Assembly (NCBI GenBank): GCA_963771175.1 | Contig: CAVYSY010000057.1 | Span: 128,001-192,000, forward strand | Direction of reading: 5' to 3' | DNA from: an uncultured delta proteobacterium | GTDB taxonomy: Bacteria; Myxococcota; Myxococcia; Myxococcales; Myxococcaceae | Length of the DNA stretch: 64,000 nucleotides | Shown here: piece after piece, positions 39,604 through 50,513 of the stretch | Layout: every line of letters begins with the position of its first letter | Numbering within the stretch: position 1 is the first letter of the stretch | Made by a program: the position numbers and the translations under genes | Notes under the pieces: model-generated | The model's database searches: none | Seen by the model: the letters and a program-made list of their open reading frames with translations, nothing else | What the model was told of the DNA's origin: nothing

Positions 39604-40857
39604 ATGCCGCCCCTCCCGCTCCAGAAGAAGGTCGTGCTGGGCCTCCAGCACACCATCGCCATGTTCGGCGCCACCGTGCTGGTGCCCCTCCTCACCGGCC
39701 TCAATCCCAGTGTCGCCCTCTTCGGCGCGGGGCTCGCCACGCTCCTGTTCCACGTGCTCACCGGCTTCGGCGTGCCCATCTTCCTGGGCAGCAGCTTCGC
39801 CTTCATCGCCCCCGTCATCGCCGTGATGAAGGCCGAGGGCCCCGCCGCCGTGAGCGCCGGGCTCCTCGCCGCCGGCGCCATGTACATCGTCTTCTCCGCC
39901 GGGGTGAAGGCCGTGGGCGTGCGGCGCATCCAGCAAATCTTCCCCCCCATCGTCACCGGCCCCGTCATCATCGTCATCGGGCTGAGCCTCGCGGGAGTCG
40001 CCGTCAACCAGGCGCAGAGCCACTGGGGGCTCGCCCTGGTCACGCTGCTGGCCGCCATCCTCACCAGCGTCTTCGCCCGCGGCCTCTTCAAGATGATTCC
40101 CATCCTCATCGCCGTCATCGCCGGCTACGTGGCCGCGCTGGTGCTCGGGGTGGTGGAGCCCGCGAGGCTCGAGGCCATCCGCGACGCCGCCTGGTTGGGC
40201 CTGCCTCCCTTCCACGCGCCGAGGTTCTCGTGGACGGCGGTGCTCGTGCTCGCCCCGGTGGCCCTCGTCACCTTCATCGAGCACATCGGCGACGTCATCG
40301 TGAACGGCCGCGTGGTGGGGAAGAACTTCCTGGAGCACCCCGGCCTGCCGCGCACCCTCTTCGCCGATGGCATCGCCAACATGGCCTCGGCGGTGCTCGG
40401 AGGCCCCGCCGCCACCACCTACGCGGAGAACACCGGCGTGCTCGCCGTCACCCGCGTGTATGACCCCGCCGTCCTGCGCATCGCCGCCGGGTTCGCCATG
40501 CTGTTCGGCCTCTCGCCCAAGCTGGCCGCCGTGTTCCAGAGCCTCCCGGCCGGCGTGCTCGGCGGCGTGAGCATCCTGCTCTTCGGGATGATTGCCTCCG
40601 TGGGCATCCGCACCCTCTCCGAGGCGCGCATCGACTTCGCCCACAGCCGCAACCTCATCGTGGTGAGCCTCATCCTCGTGCTCGGCCTGGGCGGGGCGAA
40701 GATTCCGGTGTCCGTGGGCGAGCTGCACCTGGAGCTGCACGGCATGGCGCTGGCCGCGCTCGTGGGCATCCTCGCCAACGCGCTGCTGCCCGCCTCGCTC
40801 AACCGCGAGGAGCTGGATGCCCAACCCGCGCAGGAGACCCAGCGCGCCCCGGAGTGA
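39604..40857 (+). CDS. NCS2 uracil/xanthine permease (UraA-like)
   Basis: [25 protein letters not shown] signature. Confidence 0.9.
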   Translation: MPPLPLQKKVVLGLQHTIAMFGATVLVPLLTGLNPSVALFGAGLATLLFHVLTGFGVPIFLGSSFAFIAPVIAVMKAEGPAAVSAGLLAAGAMYIVFSAGVKAVGVRRIQQIFPPIVTGPVIIVIGLSLAGVAVNQAQSHWGLALVTLLAAILTSVFARGLFKMIPILIAVIAGYVAALVLGVVEPARLEAIRDAAWLGLPPFHAPRFSWTAVLVLAPVALVTFIEHIGDVIVNGRVVGKNFLEHPGLPRTLFADGIANMASAVLGGPAATTYAENTGVLAVTRVYDPAVLRIAAGFAMLFGLSPKLAAVFQSLPAGVLGGVSILLFGMIASVGIRTLSEARIDFAHSRNLIVVSLILVLGLGGAKIPVSVGELHLELHGMALAALVGILANALLPASLNREELDAQPAQETQRAPE

Positions 40858-40863
40858 GCGCTC

Positions 40864-42516
40864 TCAGTCCTTCTTCGCGGGCTGCTGGGCCATGGCGCGC
40901 AGATCCGTGCGGCGGATCTTCCCGCTCACCGTCTTGGGCAGCTCGGTCACGAATTCAATCTCCCTCGGGTACTTGTAGGGCGCCGTCGTCTTCTTCACGT
41001 ACTCCTGGAGCTCCTCGCTGAGCTCCGCCGAGCCCGTGAATCCCGGCGCCAGCACCACGTACGCCTTGATGCGCTGACCGATGCGCTCGTCCGGCACACC
41101 CACCACGGCGGACTCGGCCACCGCGGCGTGCTCCAGCAGCGCCGACTCCACCTCGAACGGCCCCACCCGGTAGCCCGACGTCTTGATGACGTCGTCGCTC
41201 CGCCCCACGAACCAGAAGTACCCGTCCGCGTCCCTCACCGCCCGGTCCCCCGTCACGTACCAGTCGCCCCGGAACGACGCGAGGTTCGCCGAGTCGTCAT
41301 TGAGGTAGCCCGTGAACAGGCCCACCGGCGGCTCCGGCTTCACCCGCACCGCGATGTCTCCCTCCTGCCCCACCGGCACCTCCTTCCCCTCCCCGTCGAT
41401 GACCGACACCACGAAGCCCGGCGACGGCTTGCCCATGGAACCCACCCGCGGCTCCAGCGCGGGGAACATGCCGACGATCATCACCGACTCCGTCTGCCCG
41501 TAGCCCTCGCGGATGTGCAGCCCCGTGGCCTGCTTCCACGCGTCGATGACCTCGGGGTTGAGGGGCTCGCCCGCGCTCGTCACGTGCCGCAGCGCGGACA
41601 GGTCGTACTGCGACAGGTCCTGCAGCACGAGGGCCCGCCACGCCGTGGGCGGCGCGCAGAACGTCGTCACCCGCTGCCGCTCGAGCATCCGCAGGATTCG
41701 CGCCGCGTCGAACCGGCCTCGGAAGTCGTACACCACGTTGCACGCGCCCTGGCTCCACGGGCCGAACAGCTTGCCCCAGGCGCACTTCGCCCAGCCCGTG
41801 TCCGACAGCGTCAGGTGCCTGTCCTCCGGCGTCAGGTCCAACCAGTAGCGGCCGGTAATCTGATGCCCGATGCCGTAGCTGGCCTGCGTGTGCTGCACCA
41901 TCTTCGGCATGCCCGTGGTGCCCGAGGTGAAGTAGATGAGCATCGGCTCATCGGCCCGGGTGCGCTCGAACGCCACCCCGTGCGAGCCCGTGCCCGCCCC
42001 ACCGGGCTCGTAGCTCACCCAGGGCGAGGGCGCGTGGCCCACCGCCACCCACGTCTCCACCCGGCCCGTGCCCACCAGCCCCTCGAACTTGTCCAGGCAG
42101 CTCGTGTCCGCGATGACACCGTTGGCGTCGGCCGCCAGCAGCCGGTAGCGGATGTCCTTGGTGGTGAGCATCGGCGTGCCCGGCATGAAGACGATGCCCA
42201 CGCGGATGCAGCCCAGGACGAGGAACCACCACTCGGGCACTCGCGGCATCATCACGAAGACGCGGTCGCCCTTGTGCAGGCCCAGGCTGGTGAGGAACTG
42301 CGCCGCGTGCAGCGAGCGCTGCTTCAGCTCCTTCCAGGTGAAGACTTGAGCGTGCCCCGCCTCGTCGCTCCACTGCAGCGCCGGAGCGTCGGGGCGCTCG
42401 GAGGCCCAGCGGTCGATGACGTCCGTGGAGAAGTTGAAGAACTCGGGGCGCTCCCACTGGAAGTCGCGGTGGGTGGCCTCGTAGTCCGTCATGTTGCGCG
42501 GGGAGTGTGAGGACAT
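40864..42516 (-). CDS. Medium-chain acyl-CoA synthetase (AMP-binding)
   Basis: YFTSGTTGMPK, YGQTE, GRSDD, PKTVSGKI. Confidence 0.92.
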   Translation of the reverse strand: MSSHSPRNMTDYEATHRDFQWERPEFFNFSTDVIDRWASERPDAPALQWSDEAGHAQVFTWKELKQRSLHAAQFLTSLGLHKGDRVFVMMPRVPEWWFLVLGCIRVGIVFMPGTPMLTTKDIRYRLLAADANGVIADTSCLDKFEGLVGTGRVETWVAVGHAPSPWVSYEPGGAGTGSHGVAFERTRADEPMLIYFTSGTTGMPKMVQHTQASYGIGHQITGRYWLDLTPEDRHLTLSDTGWAKCAWGKLFGPWSQGACNVVYDFRGRFDAARILRMLERQRVTTFCAPPTAWRALVLQDLSQYDLSALRHVTSAGEPLNPEVIDAWKQATGLHIREGYGQTESVMIVGMFPALEPRVGSMGKPSPGFVVSVIDGEGKEVPVGQEGDIAVRVKPEPPVGLFTGYLNDDSANLASFRGDWYVTGDRAVRDADGYFWFVGRSDDVIKTSGYRVGPFEVESALLEHAAVAESAVVGVPDERIGQRIKAYVVLAPGFTGSAELSEELQEYVKKTTAPYKYPREIEFVTELPKTVSGKIRRTDLRAMAQQPAKKD

Positions 42517-42747
42517 GACTCGCTCCTGTCGAAGGGAGACACGAGCTTGTCATAGGAGGGCAGCGGCTCGCGGTCCTCCTTCACGGCCACCACCCGGAAC
42601 TTCCTAAAAAACTACACCCCCATGGAAAAGCACCAGGGTTGGCGGCAGAATGGAAGCGGTTGACGGCTGAAGGGAAGCTGCAGGGGCCTGGGTTGGTGCA
42701 ATGAACGGCCGTCTCCTCACAACCTGCATCCATCCAGGGAGAATGCG

Positions 42748-43257
42748 ATGAACGCGATTGCTCTGACCGCGGATTCCGCACAGCGGCCTTTCGGACTCTA
42801 CGCACGGGTGCTGGCGACCCAGATTCTCTACATCGCCCCGCTGCTCTGGCTGCTGGAGCTGAGCCAGAACCAGGCCTGGAAGGCGGTGAACGGGACGTAC
42901 GGCTGGGTGTACCCGGACTCGCCCTACGGCTGGTTCTCGTTCGGGAGCATGATCCTCTGGACCGGCTCGGTGTTCCTGATGTGGACGCTGAACTACTACT
43001 GGTTCCACCCGAAGGGGATGAAGCTCTGGAAGCGCATCCTCATCGCCGCGGCGGTGTGCTGGGTGGGCGAGTGGGTCGGCGGATTCCTCTCGGTGCAGCT
43101 CACCGGACACCACCTGCACGTGTGGCCCGGTTCGGAGCTGGTGTACGTGAGCTTCCCGGCCATCTTCTTCTGGGTGAGCAACGTCATCGTCTACAACCTG
43201 CTCACCGTGTACGTGATCGACCTCACGCCCAACTACGACGTGCCGGCGGACACCTGA
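42748..43257 (+). CDS. Hypothetical multi-pass membrane protein
   Basis: Four hydrophobic, Trp-rich segments; GC3-biased codons; GGGAG RBS. Confidence 0.7.
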   Translation: MNAIALTADSAQRPFGLYARVLATQILYIAPLLWLLELSQNQAWKAVNGTYGWVYPDSPYGWFSFGSMILWTGSVFLMWTLNYYWFHPKGMKLWKRILIAAAVCWVGEWVGGFLSVQLTGHHLHVWPGSELVYVSFPAIFFWVSNVIVYNLLTVYVIDLTPNYDVPADT

Positions 43258-43273
43258 GCCCCGCACGCCTGGC

Positions 43274-43807
43274 ATGAACCCCATCGTCCACGCCGAGCTG
43301 TCCTGGCTGATGGCGCAGCGCCTGGAGGCACGGCGGGACCGGCTGCTCGTCGCCTGCGCGGGGCTGGCGCCGGACATCGATGGGCTGACGATCCTCGGTG
43401 GCGGCGAGCTGTACGCGCGCTACCACCACCTCATCTTCCACGGCTACGTGGGGGCGCTGGTGACGGCGCTGACGTGCGCGGCGCTGGCCCGGAGTCGGCT
43501 GTGGGTGGCGGGACTGTCGCTGGTGGCCTTCCACCTCCACCTGCTGTGTGACCTGGCCGGCAGCGGCCCGGGGTGGCCCATCTGGTACTTCTGGCCCACC
43601 AGCCAGACCGAGTGGTTCTGGGACGGTCAGTGGGACCTGGCCTCGTGGCAGAACAGCGTCATCGGACTGGTGGCCACCCTGGTGTGCCTCGCGTGCGCGC
43701 TGCGCTACCGACGCACGGTCGTGGAGTTGCTCTCCGAGCGTTGGGACGCCGAGGTCGTCCGCACGTTGAGGGCCCGGTTCCTCGGTGAGGGCAGAACCGA
43801 ACCGTAG
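43274..43807 (+). CDS. Membrane-bound metal-dependent hydrolase (YdjM/DUF457-like)
   Basis: N-terminal H, APDID, HH...H, HLLCD, FWP motifs. Confidence 0.8.
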   Translation: MNPIVHAELSWLMAQRLEARRDRLLVACAGLAPDIDGLTILGGGELYARYHHLIFHGYVGALVTALTCAALARSRLWVAGLSLVAFHLHLLCDLAGSGPGWPIWYFWPTSQTEWFWDGQWDLASWQNSVIGLVATLVCLACALRYRRTVVELLSERWDAEVVRTLRARFLGEGRTEP

Positions 43808-43853
43808 TCCTCTCACCGCGGGTCCCACCCATCTTCTCCGAACAGGTAGGCTC

Positions 43854-46166
43854 ATGACTCTCTCACGAACGTTCATACTCCGATGGTTCTCCTGCCTCGC
43901 GAGTGCCGCGCTCATCGGCGCGTGCTCCCCGGAGGACATCACCGACGCCGAGTCGCTCGACAACGGCCCCGCTGGCAGCGTGCAGGAGGCGCTGAGCGCA
44001 CCCAACCTCGCGCTCGGCAAGCCGGCGTCCCAATCGAGCATGTACACCGGAGGCGGCGGCGAGGCAGCGCGCGCGGTGGACGGCAACACCCATGGCAACT
44101 GGAATGGCGGCTCGGTCACCCACACCGACAACCAGCTCCAGCCCTGGTGGCAGGTCGACCTCCAGGGCTCGCACGCCCTCTCCACCGTGGGCCTCTTCAA
44201 CCGCACCGACTGCTGCTCGGATCGGCTCCAGAACTTCCGGGTACGCGTCTCCGATGACGGAGTGAACTGGCAGGACTACCCCTTCGCGGGCGTCGCTCCG
44301 GCGCAGTCCACGTTCGCCATCAATCGCTCGGCCCGGTACGTCCGGGTGCAGCTCGATGGCAGCGGCGTGCTGAGCCTCGCCGAGGTCCAGGTCCTCCCCT
44401 CCCAGCAGCCCGCGCCGGGCGCCGCCCGCGCCGGCAACATCGTGTATGGCCGGTGGAGCGGCTCCGGCGGGCGGTCCCCGTCCAGCCCTGCCAACCGGCA
44501 GTTCCTCGTGGACTTCTCCGGCCCGAGCGAGATGGTGACCTTCCAGCTCACCTCATCCGCCAATGCCTATCTCTACCTGCTGGACGCGAACGGCAACGTG
44601 CTCGCGGAGAATGACGATGGCGGCGGAGGCACCCACGCGCGGCTCTCCCAGACGCTGTCCGCGGGGACCTACAAGCTCGTCGCGGCGACGGCCTCCCCCG
44701 GCCAGAGCGCCGAGTTCTCGCTCAGCTCGGACAAGGCCCTGCTGCGCTTCCCGCAGCGGCTCTGGGTCCAGGCCGCGACCCAGTTCCACTGGCTCTACGA
44801 CGACTACAACACGGGAGCTGGCAACGACGTGTCCGTCTGGCGCCCGAACCTCGGCGCGTATCCGGGCTACTACTCGCTCGGCGACGTGGCCATGCCCGCT
44901 CAAGGCGTGGCTCCCAAGATGACCTTCGTGGTCTCTGGCGAGGGGGACGTGCTCGCGCGTCCGGTCGACTACAACTGGATCTGGAGCGACTGGGGCTCGG
45001 GTGGCTCGCATGACGTCTCCTTCTGGGACCCGGTGCCTCCGGCGGGCTACACCTGTCTGGGCACGGTCACCGTGCAGGGCTACGGCAAGCCCTCCACCGA
45101 CCTCATCCGGTGCCTCAAGAGCGAGTACGTGCTCCCGGGCAACTCCAGCTGGGTGTGGAATGACGCGGGCTCTGGCGCGGACTACGACGTGGGCCTGTGG
45201 CAGACGGAGGCCTGGGATCACCGCGGGCTGCCCGTGTCCACCTTCAAGAGCCAGGGCAACCACAACGGGCCCGACGCCGGCCGCTTCTGGGTCATCAACA
45301 AGAGCGCCACCGCCAATCCGGAGCTGCAGGGGCTGCCCGTCGATGAGCAGACGGCGACCTGGTTCGCGCCCCGCATCTGGTTGCACGCCGAGGAGTCCTA
45401 CTTCCCCTCCTCCGTCGAGTTCTTCCTGCCCAACGTGCACGGGGAGGACGGCTACCTGGTGACCAACCAGCCCCTGGGCTGTGACTCCTGCACGGACCCC
45501 CAGTTCCTCGATGGCCAGCGGCCGGACCAGGTCCAGGTGCCCATGTACGTGGAGGTCGTCACCCGCATGCAGAATGGCGTGCCCACGAACATCACCGACG
45601 TCATCTACTGGAACTTCTACCCGTACAACAATGGCAAGCGGGTGTGCATCGGCTGGTACTCGCCCTGGGGATGCGCGGGTGGCTACTCCACTTTTGGCAA
45701 CCACGTGGGGGATTGGGAGCACCTGACCGTGCGGTTCATCGAGGGCCGGCCGTACGCGGTGTACTTGAGCCAGCACTCGGGCGGACAGACCTTCCTCTTC
45801 GGGGCCAAGGAGCTGGCCGTGCTGGGCTGGCACCCGGAGGCCTACTCGGCGAAGGGCTCGCATGGCCTCTACCCGGACGCGGCCCGACACATCTACGAGA
45901 CCATCCCCAACGGGGACTTCCTCGCCGACGACACGAGCCGCGGAATCGCCTGGGACGGGTGGGTGCAGCCGGTCATCTTCCCCTGGCAGCCGATGGGCAC
46001 GTACACCGGGAGCCTGTCCTGGCTCAACATCACCAGCGACTGGGGCAACCCCCCTTCCGGCTGTGACTTCAGCGACATCATCGGCGGTCAGTGCGTGCTC
46101 AACAGCGGCCCGACGGCGCCCATGAAGAAGGGCTTCTCCCAGCCGGAGGCCCTGACGCTAGAGTGA
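43854..46166 (+). CDS. Lipoprotein: fucolectin/discoidin domain + PPC-like domain + Vps62/DUF946-like domain
   Basis: Lipobox LIGAC; NLALGKPASQSS...WWQVDL...NRTDCC; ENDDGG...GTY; SVWRP...LGD, FYPYN, HVGDWEH, GSH. Confidence 0.8.
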   Translation: MTLSRTFILRWFSCLASAALIGACSPEDITDAESLDNGPAGSVQEALSAPNLALGKPASQSSMYTGGGGEAARAVDGNTHGNWNGGSVTHTDNQLQPWWQVDLQGSHALSTVGLFNRTDCCSDRLQNFRVRVSDDGVNWQDYPFAGVAPAQSTFAINRSARYVRVQLDGSGVLSLAEVQVLPSQQPAPGAARAGNIVYGRWSGSGGRSPSSPANRQFLVDFSGPSEMVTFQLTSSANAYLYLLDANGNVLAENDDGGGGTHARLSQTLSAGTYKLVAATASPGQSAEFSLSSDKALLRFPQRLWVQAATQFHWLYDDYNTGAGNDVSVWRPNLGAYPGYYSLGDVAMPAQGVAPKMTFVVSGEGDVLARPVDYNWIWSDWGSGGSHDVSFWDPVPPAGYTCLGTVTVQGYGKPSTDLIRCLKSEYVLPGNSSWVWNDAGSGADYDVGLWQTEAWDHRGLPVSTFKSQGNHNGPDAGRFWVINKSATANPELQGLPVDEQTATWFAPRIWLHAEESYFPSSVEFFLPNVHGEDGYLVTNQPLGCDSCTDPQFLDGQRPDQVQVPMYVEVVTRMQNGVPTNITDVIYWNFYPYNNGKRVCIGWYSPWGCAGGYSTFGNHVGDWEHLTVRFIEGRPYAVYLSQHSGGQTFLFGAKELAVLGWHPEAYSAKGSHGLYPDAARHIYETIPNGDFLADDTSRGIAWDGWVQPVIFPWQPMGTYTGSLSWLNITSDWGNPPSGCDFSDIIGGQCVLNSGPTAPMKKGFSQPEALTLE

Positions 46167-46269
46167 GCGGCGGCTGAGTCACGCTCGCTGACGCAGGGGC
46201 CTTGCGGGGCACCCGCCCGGCACTCCATCGGGGGTGCCGGGCGGCCTTCACCTCGGCCCTATGCGCCAT

Positions 46270-46824
46270 GTCGGACCCTCACTCCCGCGCCAAGCGAGGT
46301 GAGAGCCGAGGGCCAGTGGTGGGCCCGGGAGTACCTCGAGACCGGTGCCTTTCCCCAACCCCGGCAGATGCGCCAGGTGCAACCCGGTGAGGTCCTGGTG
46401 ATGCACTCGGGGGCCGAATTCGACTTGGGCCGCGCTGCCTGGTGGGTGCACCTGTTCGCCGAGGTCTTCACCCACTTGGACGAATGCGTCCAGAAGGAGG
46501 AGCGCCAACGCACGGAGGAGGCCTTCGAGTCCTTCTGCCTGAGTACCCCCTGGGGGGCGCTCTACCATGCCGTGTCTCCGCCGCCGCCATGGAGCGCATG
46601 GCTCGCGCGACCCGGGAGGATTGCCTGGAAGCCGTGCTCCGGGTGATTCCTGTCCTCGTGGAGGGGGACAACGACTTGAAGCACCCCGAGGTGCTCAGCG
46701 ACCCGGGCTTCCTACGCGAGCGCATCCAAGCGCTTCCCCCAAGGACTTCGAGTCGCTCTCGAGCGCCGAAAAATACTCGGTGGCCGTGCAACTGGCTGAC
46801 TGGGACAGGCAATTGGGGCGGTAG
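46270..46824 (+). pseudogene. Remnant of a myxobacterial hypothetical protein gene
   Basis: Protein-like segments (WWAREYLETG..., MERMARATREDCLEAVLR..., DFESLSSAEKYSVA...) in three successive frames with no convincing start. Confidence 0.55.
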
Positions 46825-46835
46825 CAGCGCTCCGC

Positions 46836-48290
46836 TCAGTACACGAGGATCTCTCCGGAGGTGCAGACCTGGTCCTCCACCTTGACCTCGAAGTAGTACT
46901 CGGCCGCGTTCATGTGGAGGTCCAGCGGGTCGAACTCGTCTTCGTAGAGGGTGGTCCAGCGCGCCTCGCTCGCGTTGCTCCGCACGTCCGCGTCGAATGA
47001 CTCGCCTTCGTCGTCGTTGTTCTTGAGGAAGTCGATGTCCTCGGGCGTGGGCCGACCGCCGGGATCCCGCTCCCAGACCGTGAACTCCGCCACTGGCCGC
47101 CTGAAGATGAGCCAGCCCGTCGTGTCGGGGAAGCCCCAGAGCTCGGCGTGCATCACCGCCTGGGTGCCGCGGCCGACGGTCTCGTCCTCCGCGTAGGGGC
47201 GCCCCTCGCTCGAGCGCCAGGCGCAGCTCTCGACGCCCCAGCGCTGAACGGTGATGCTCGCCGCTCTCTCGATGCCGCCGGACTGCACCACGAAGTCATA
47301 GACCTCGCGCCCCTTGCCGTCCGCGAAGTCCTTGGAGGTCGGGGTGACGAGCATCAGCTCCAGCTGATCGCTCGGGGCGCTCATCGGCGGACCTCCGTTG
47401 ATGGTGAGCTCGTGACCGGCGAGCTGGGTCCCCGAGATGCGGATGCCCAGCTCCGCGACGTCGCCGAGGCGCGGATAGGGGACCGTGGGCTGACCGAGCC
47501 CTCCCGCGCGATCGCGCACCACGACGCTGACGTGGTCGACGGTGTGGGTGACCTGCAGGGAGATCGGCTCGGACTCCAGCTGAAGCTCGCCATAGCGCGC
47601 GACGAAGCGCAGCGGATGGGTGCCCACGCGCTCCAGCTGGCGTCCGCGGAGGGGCCAGATCTCGGCGACCGACGCCTGGCTCCCGTCGAAGGGCAGGGCC
47701 CGCCCCAGCTCCGGGACGCGCGTGCCGGCTTCGACATCGAGCACCTCGACGCTGACCTCTCCCCAGAGATCCTTGCCCGTTACCCGGACCTCGACGGGCG
47801 TGCCGTAGGCGACGGGTTCGCCTGCGCGCGGCAGCGTCACCTCGAGGCGGTCGAGGGTTGGGTACAGCTCCACGTACACGCTCTCGCTCTGGACCACCCA
47901 GGGAGTGCTCCCCGTCCGGGTAGCGGTCAGGGAGGCCTGGAGCTGAACCCGGATGCGACCCGAGCGCTTGAGGAAGTCGTGGCGCAGCATCCATTTCCTG
48001 CGCAGGTCGATGCGCGCGCTGTCCTGGCCCTGCTCGGACCATCCGAAGGAGGCGGTCTCCCCGCTCGGCTCGTGGGTGAAGAGCGCTGTGAAGCGCAGGT
48101 CGCGGGCCAGGTCGCCGGCGTAGTGGACCTGGTACGCCAGCGCCGTGCCCGGCACGACCCGCTCGCCCTCGGACAGGTCGATCAGCTCGAGGGTGAACTG
48201 CTCGTAGCTGGCGCGCGGGGGTTCATCGCCTCCACCACAGGCCGCGAGCACACCCAACAGCAGGAGACACAGCGGGAGCCCGGTGCGCAT
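46836..48290 (-). CDS. Hypothetical beta-rich lipoprotein
   Basis: Lipobox VLAAC; 484 aa open frame. Confidence 0.7.
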   Translation of the reverse strand: MRTGLPLCLLLLGVLAACGGGDEPPRASYEQFTLELIDLSEGERVVPGTALAYQVHYAGDLARDLRFTALFTHEPSGETASFGWSEQGQDSARIDLRRKWMLRHDFLKRSGRIRVQLQASLTATRTGSTPWVVQSESVYVELYPTLDRLEVTLPRAGEPVAYGTPVEVRVTGKDLWGEVSVEVLDVEAGTRVPELGRALPFDGSQASVAEIWPLRGRQLERVGTHPLRFVARYGELQLESEPISLQVTHTVDHVSVVVRDRAGGLGQPTVPYPRLGDVAELGIRISGTQLAGHELTINGGPPMSAPSDQLELMLVTPTSKDFADGKGREVYDFVVQSGGIERAASITVQRWGVESCAWRSSEGRPYAEDETVGRGTQAVMHAELWGFPDTTGWLIFRRPVAEFTVWERDPGGRPTPEDIDFLKNNDDEGESFDADVRSNASEARWTTLYEDEFDPLDLHMNAAEYYFEVKVEDQVCTSGEILVY

Positions 48291-48352
48291 CCGAAAGATG
48301 CTAGCGGCCTGGAGTGCCAGAGGCCAGCCGGGCCGGCTGTCGCCGTGGCGCG

Positions 48353-48745
48353 TCAACTCGAACAGCCGGGATGCGCCGCGGCGTGGAGGCGGTCGTACTC
48401 CTCGCGCGTGATCTCACCCGCGAAGTACGTCATGGCGATCTCGCCCCAGGTCCTCGCCCAGTCGCGCGGCATCACCAGCGGGTCGAAGTGTACGCCCGGG
48501 GGCGGAGGCGGAGGTACCACCATCAGATAGGCGTCGCCGAGTGGATGTGGCGGGAGCGCCCGCGCGATGACGCGCGTTTGCAACTCCTCGAAGGAAATCT
48601 CGCCGAGCTTGTATGCGGTCGCATCGGCGAGCGCGGCGGAGTAGTCCGCGCTGCCCTTCGGAATCCTGCTGGGCGGAGAGGTCCTTTCAGGCGGCATCCC
48701 TGGTGGGCGTGGTGGTTCCCAGGGTGGCGGAGGGGGCTTCGACAT
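48353..48745 (-). CDS. Small proline-rich hypothetical protein
   Basis: AGGAGG RBS; GEIS/TxEE motif twice. Confidence 0.6.
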   Translation of the reverse strand: MSKPPPPPWEPPRPPGMPPERTSPPSRIPKGSADYSAALADATAYKLGEISFEELQTRVIARALPPHPLGDAYLMVVPPPPPPGVHFDPLVMPRDWARTWGEIAMTYFAGEITREEYDRLHAAAHPGCSS

Positions 48746-48846
48746 GGGTTCCTCCTGTTTCGGGACCGTGCGGCTCAATACGCGCCGTCGAGGTGCAGTC
48801 GTTCAACATCCCGAGAGGCGTCACCTCTCCTGACACAGGTGGCTCG

Positions 48847-49149
48847 CTACCGCAGCTGCTGGGGCTCCGGGGCTCCGGCGTCTCGCGCGCGTGACTGCTC
48901 GAGGAGGTCGAGCGCGACGCCCACCGCCGTGCCCGCAACGCGGTTGACCCACCGGACCATCCCATACGAGCCCGAGACAGCCAGGTCATGGAGCTCGTGT
49001 ATGCCCCGGACGGGGACCTCGAGCGGGGGCACCTTCTCCAGCAGCTCGAAGGGCCTGGAGGCGGTGCGTTTGTGCACCTGCTCCACCGCCGTCGCGCCCT
49101 TGTCCACCGCGTCTCGCACCAGCTCCGTCAATCCGCGCCACTTCTTCAT
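48847..49149 (-). CDS. Small helical hypothetical protein coupled to the upstream hydrolase
   Basis: ATG overlaps the upstream stop; AAGGAG RBS; MKKWRGLTELVRDAV. Confidence 0.65.
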   Translation of the reverse strand: MKKWRGLTELVRDAVDKGATAVEQVHKRTASRPFELLEKVPPLEVPVRGIHELHDLAVSGSYGMVRWVNRVAGTAVGVALDLLEQSRARDAGAPEPQQLR

Positions 49150-50215
49150 GGAAGCTCCTTGTCGCACCAGTCCCTCACCTGGGCATAGACCGCCGCGTGG
49201 TGGGCCAGGGCGATGTGGTCCACCCCCGCCACGACCTTGACGTTCTCCTGCGGGAAACACCGGCGAGCGGTCCTCCGGACCCGCCCGTCCGGCCGCGCTC
49301 GCCAGGGGCACCACGCCATCGCCAAAGAGCGCCGAGAGCAGGTGGCGCTCTTCGTTGCCCAAAGAGCCAACGAGCAGGTGATGGGACAGCTCCGGGAGCA
49401 GCGGGACGGGGTGGCGGCGGTTCTGGAGCTGCGCCTCGCCCTCCGCCCCCTCCCAGTCCCGCTTCAGCAGGTTCCCGAAACCCAGGTCCTTCACACCGCT
49501 GCTGCGCAGGTCGACGACGTCCGCCACCAGCCGCGTGTAGGGATTGGGAATCGCCCGCAGCGCCAGGCTCACCACCTTGCCCGCCCGTTCGAGCGGCGAG
49601 CCCAGGTGCGGCACGCCGATGTAGAGGGCACGGCGGACCCGGGACAGCCAGGTGTGCCCCGCCTCGGCGGCCACGTGGCACGCGCTGCGCACCACGAGCC
49701 CTCCCATGCTGTAGCCCACCAGGATGAGTTCCTCGACGGGGACCGGGAAACAGGCCACCAGCGTCTCCAGCAGCCGGGCCAGGGCCTCGCCGTTGTCGGA
49801 GATGTGCAGACCCGTGTTGTAGCGGAGGTAGAGCGGCGTCACGCCCTGGTCCCGTTGCAGCAGCGTGCCGTAGGTCACCGCGGGCTCGCCAGGGAAGGAC
49901 CAGACGGCCTCAGTGACGGCGAGCCCGTGCACCCAGAGCGCCAGCCGGCCCGTGGGCGCGGGGTACGCACGCCGGAGCGACTCCCGGTCGAGCCGCACCG
50001 GGTGCCCGTCGAGGAAGAGCTCCATCGGCGTGGCCAGTCCGTTGTCCTGGCGGTGGAGGTAGTCCCCCAGCACGCCGTTGAGAACCCCGAGGGCGAACTC
50101 CAGCTTGCCGCCACCGGCCCGGGCGGCGGGCGGCGGCGGGGCGAGCTTCTCCGGCTGGGACGGGCGGGGCCAGGTCGCTCTCCGTCGCCGGAGCTTCAGT
50201 GTCTTTGGGTGTCAT
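49146..50215 (-). CDS. Lipase/PGAP1-like alpha/beta hydrolase (frameshifts near 50140 and 49255)
   Basis: VHGL, YNTGLHIS.NG, GYSMGGLV, PHLGSPLE, GDGVVP. Confidence 0.8.
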
Positions 50216-50513
50216 CAAGGTTCGCTCCCAGCGGACCATGACACGGATGACGCACCGCGTGAAACCAGCGGTTCGACGGGCGAGGCCTCCCTTGAGCGGA
50301 CCCTGGCCCCGCCGTCAAAGTGTCTGACACCTGCCTCGGACACCTTCCTCGGCTCGACCCGCGTACAACCCGGGCCGTCGAGTACATTGAGGCCCAGAGG
50401 GTCACGGGAGCACGAGCCATGAACGCGTCGAGGGAAGAGGGCCAGGTCAAGTTCCCCCTCGGCTGGGAGCACGAAGCGGTCTGCCTCGTCCACACCGCCG
50501 AGGCGTCCCGGAC

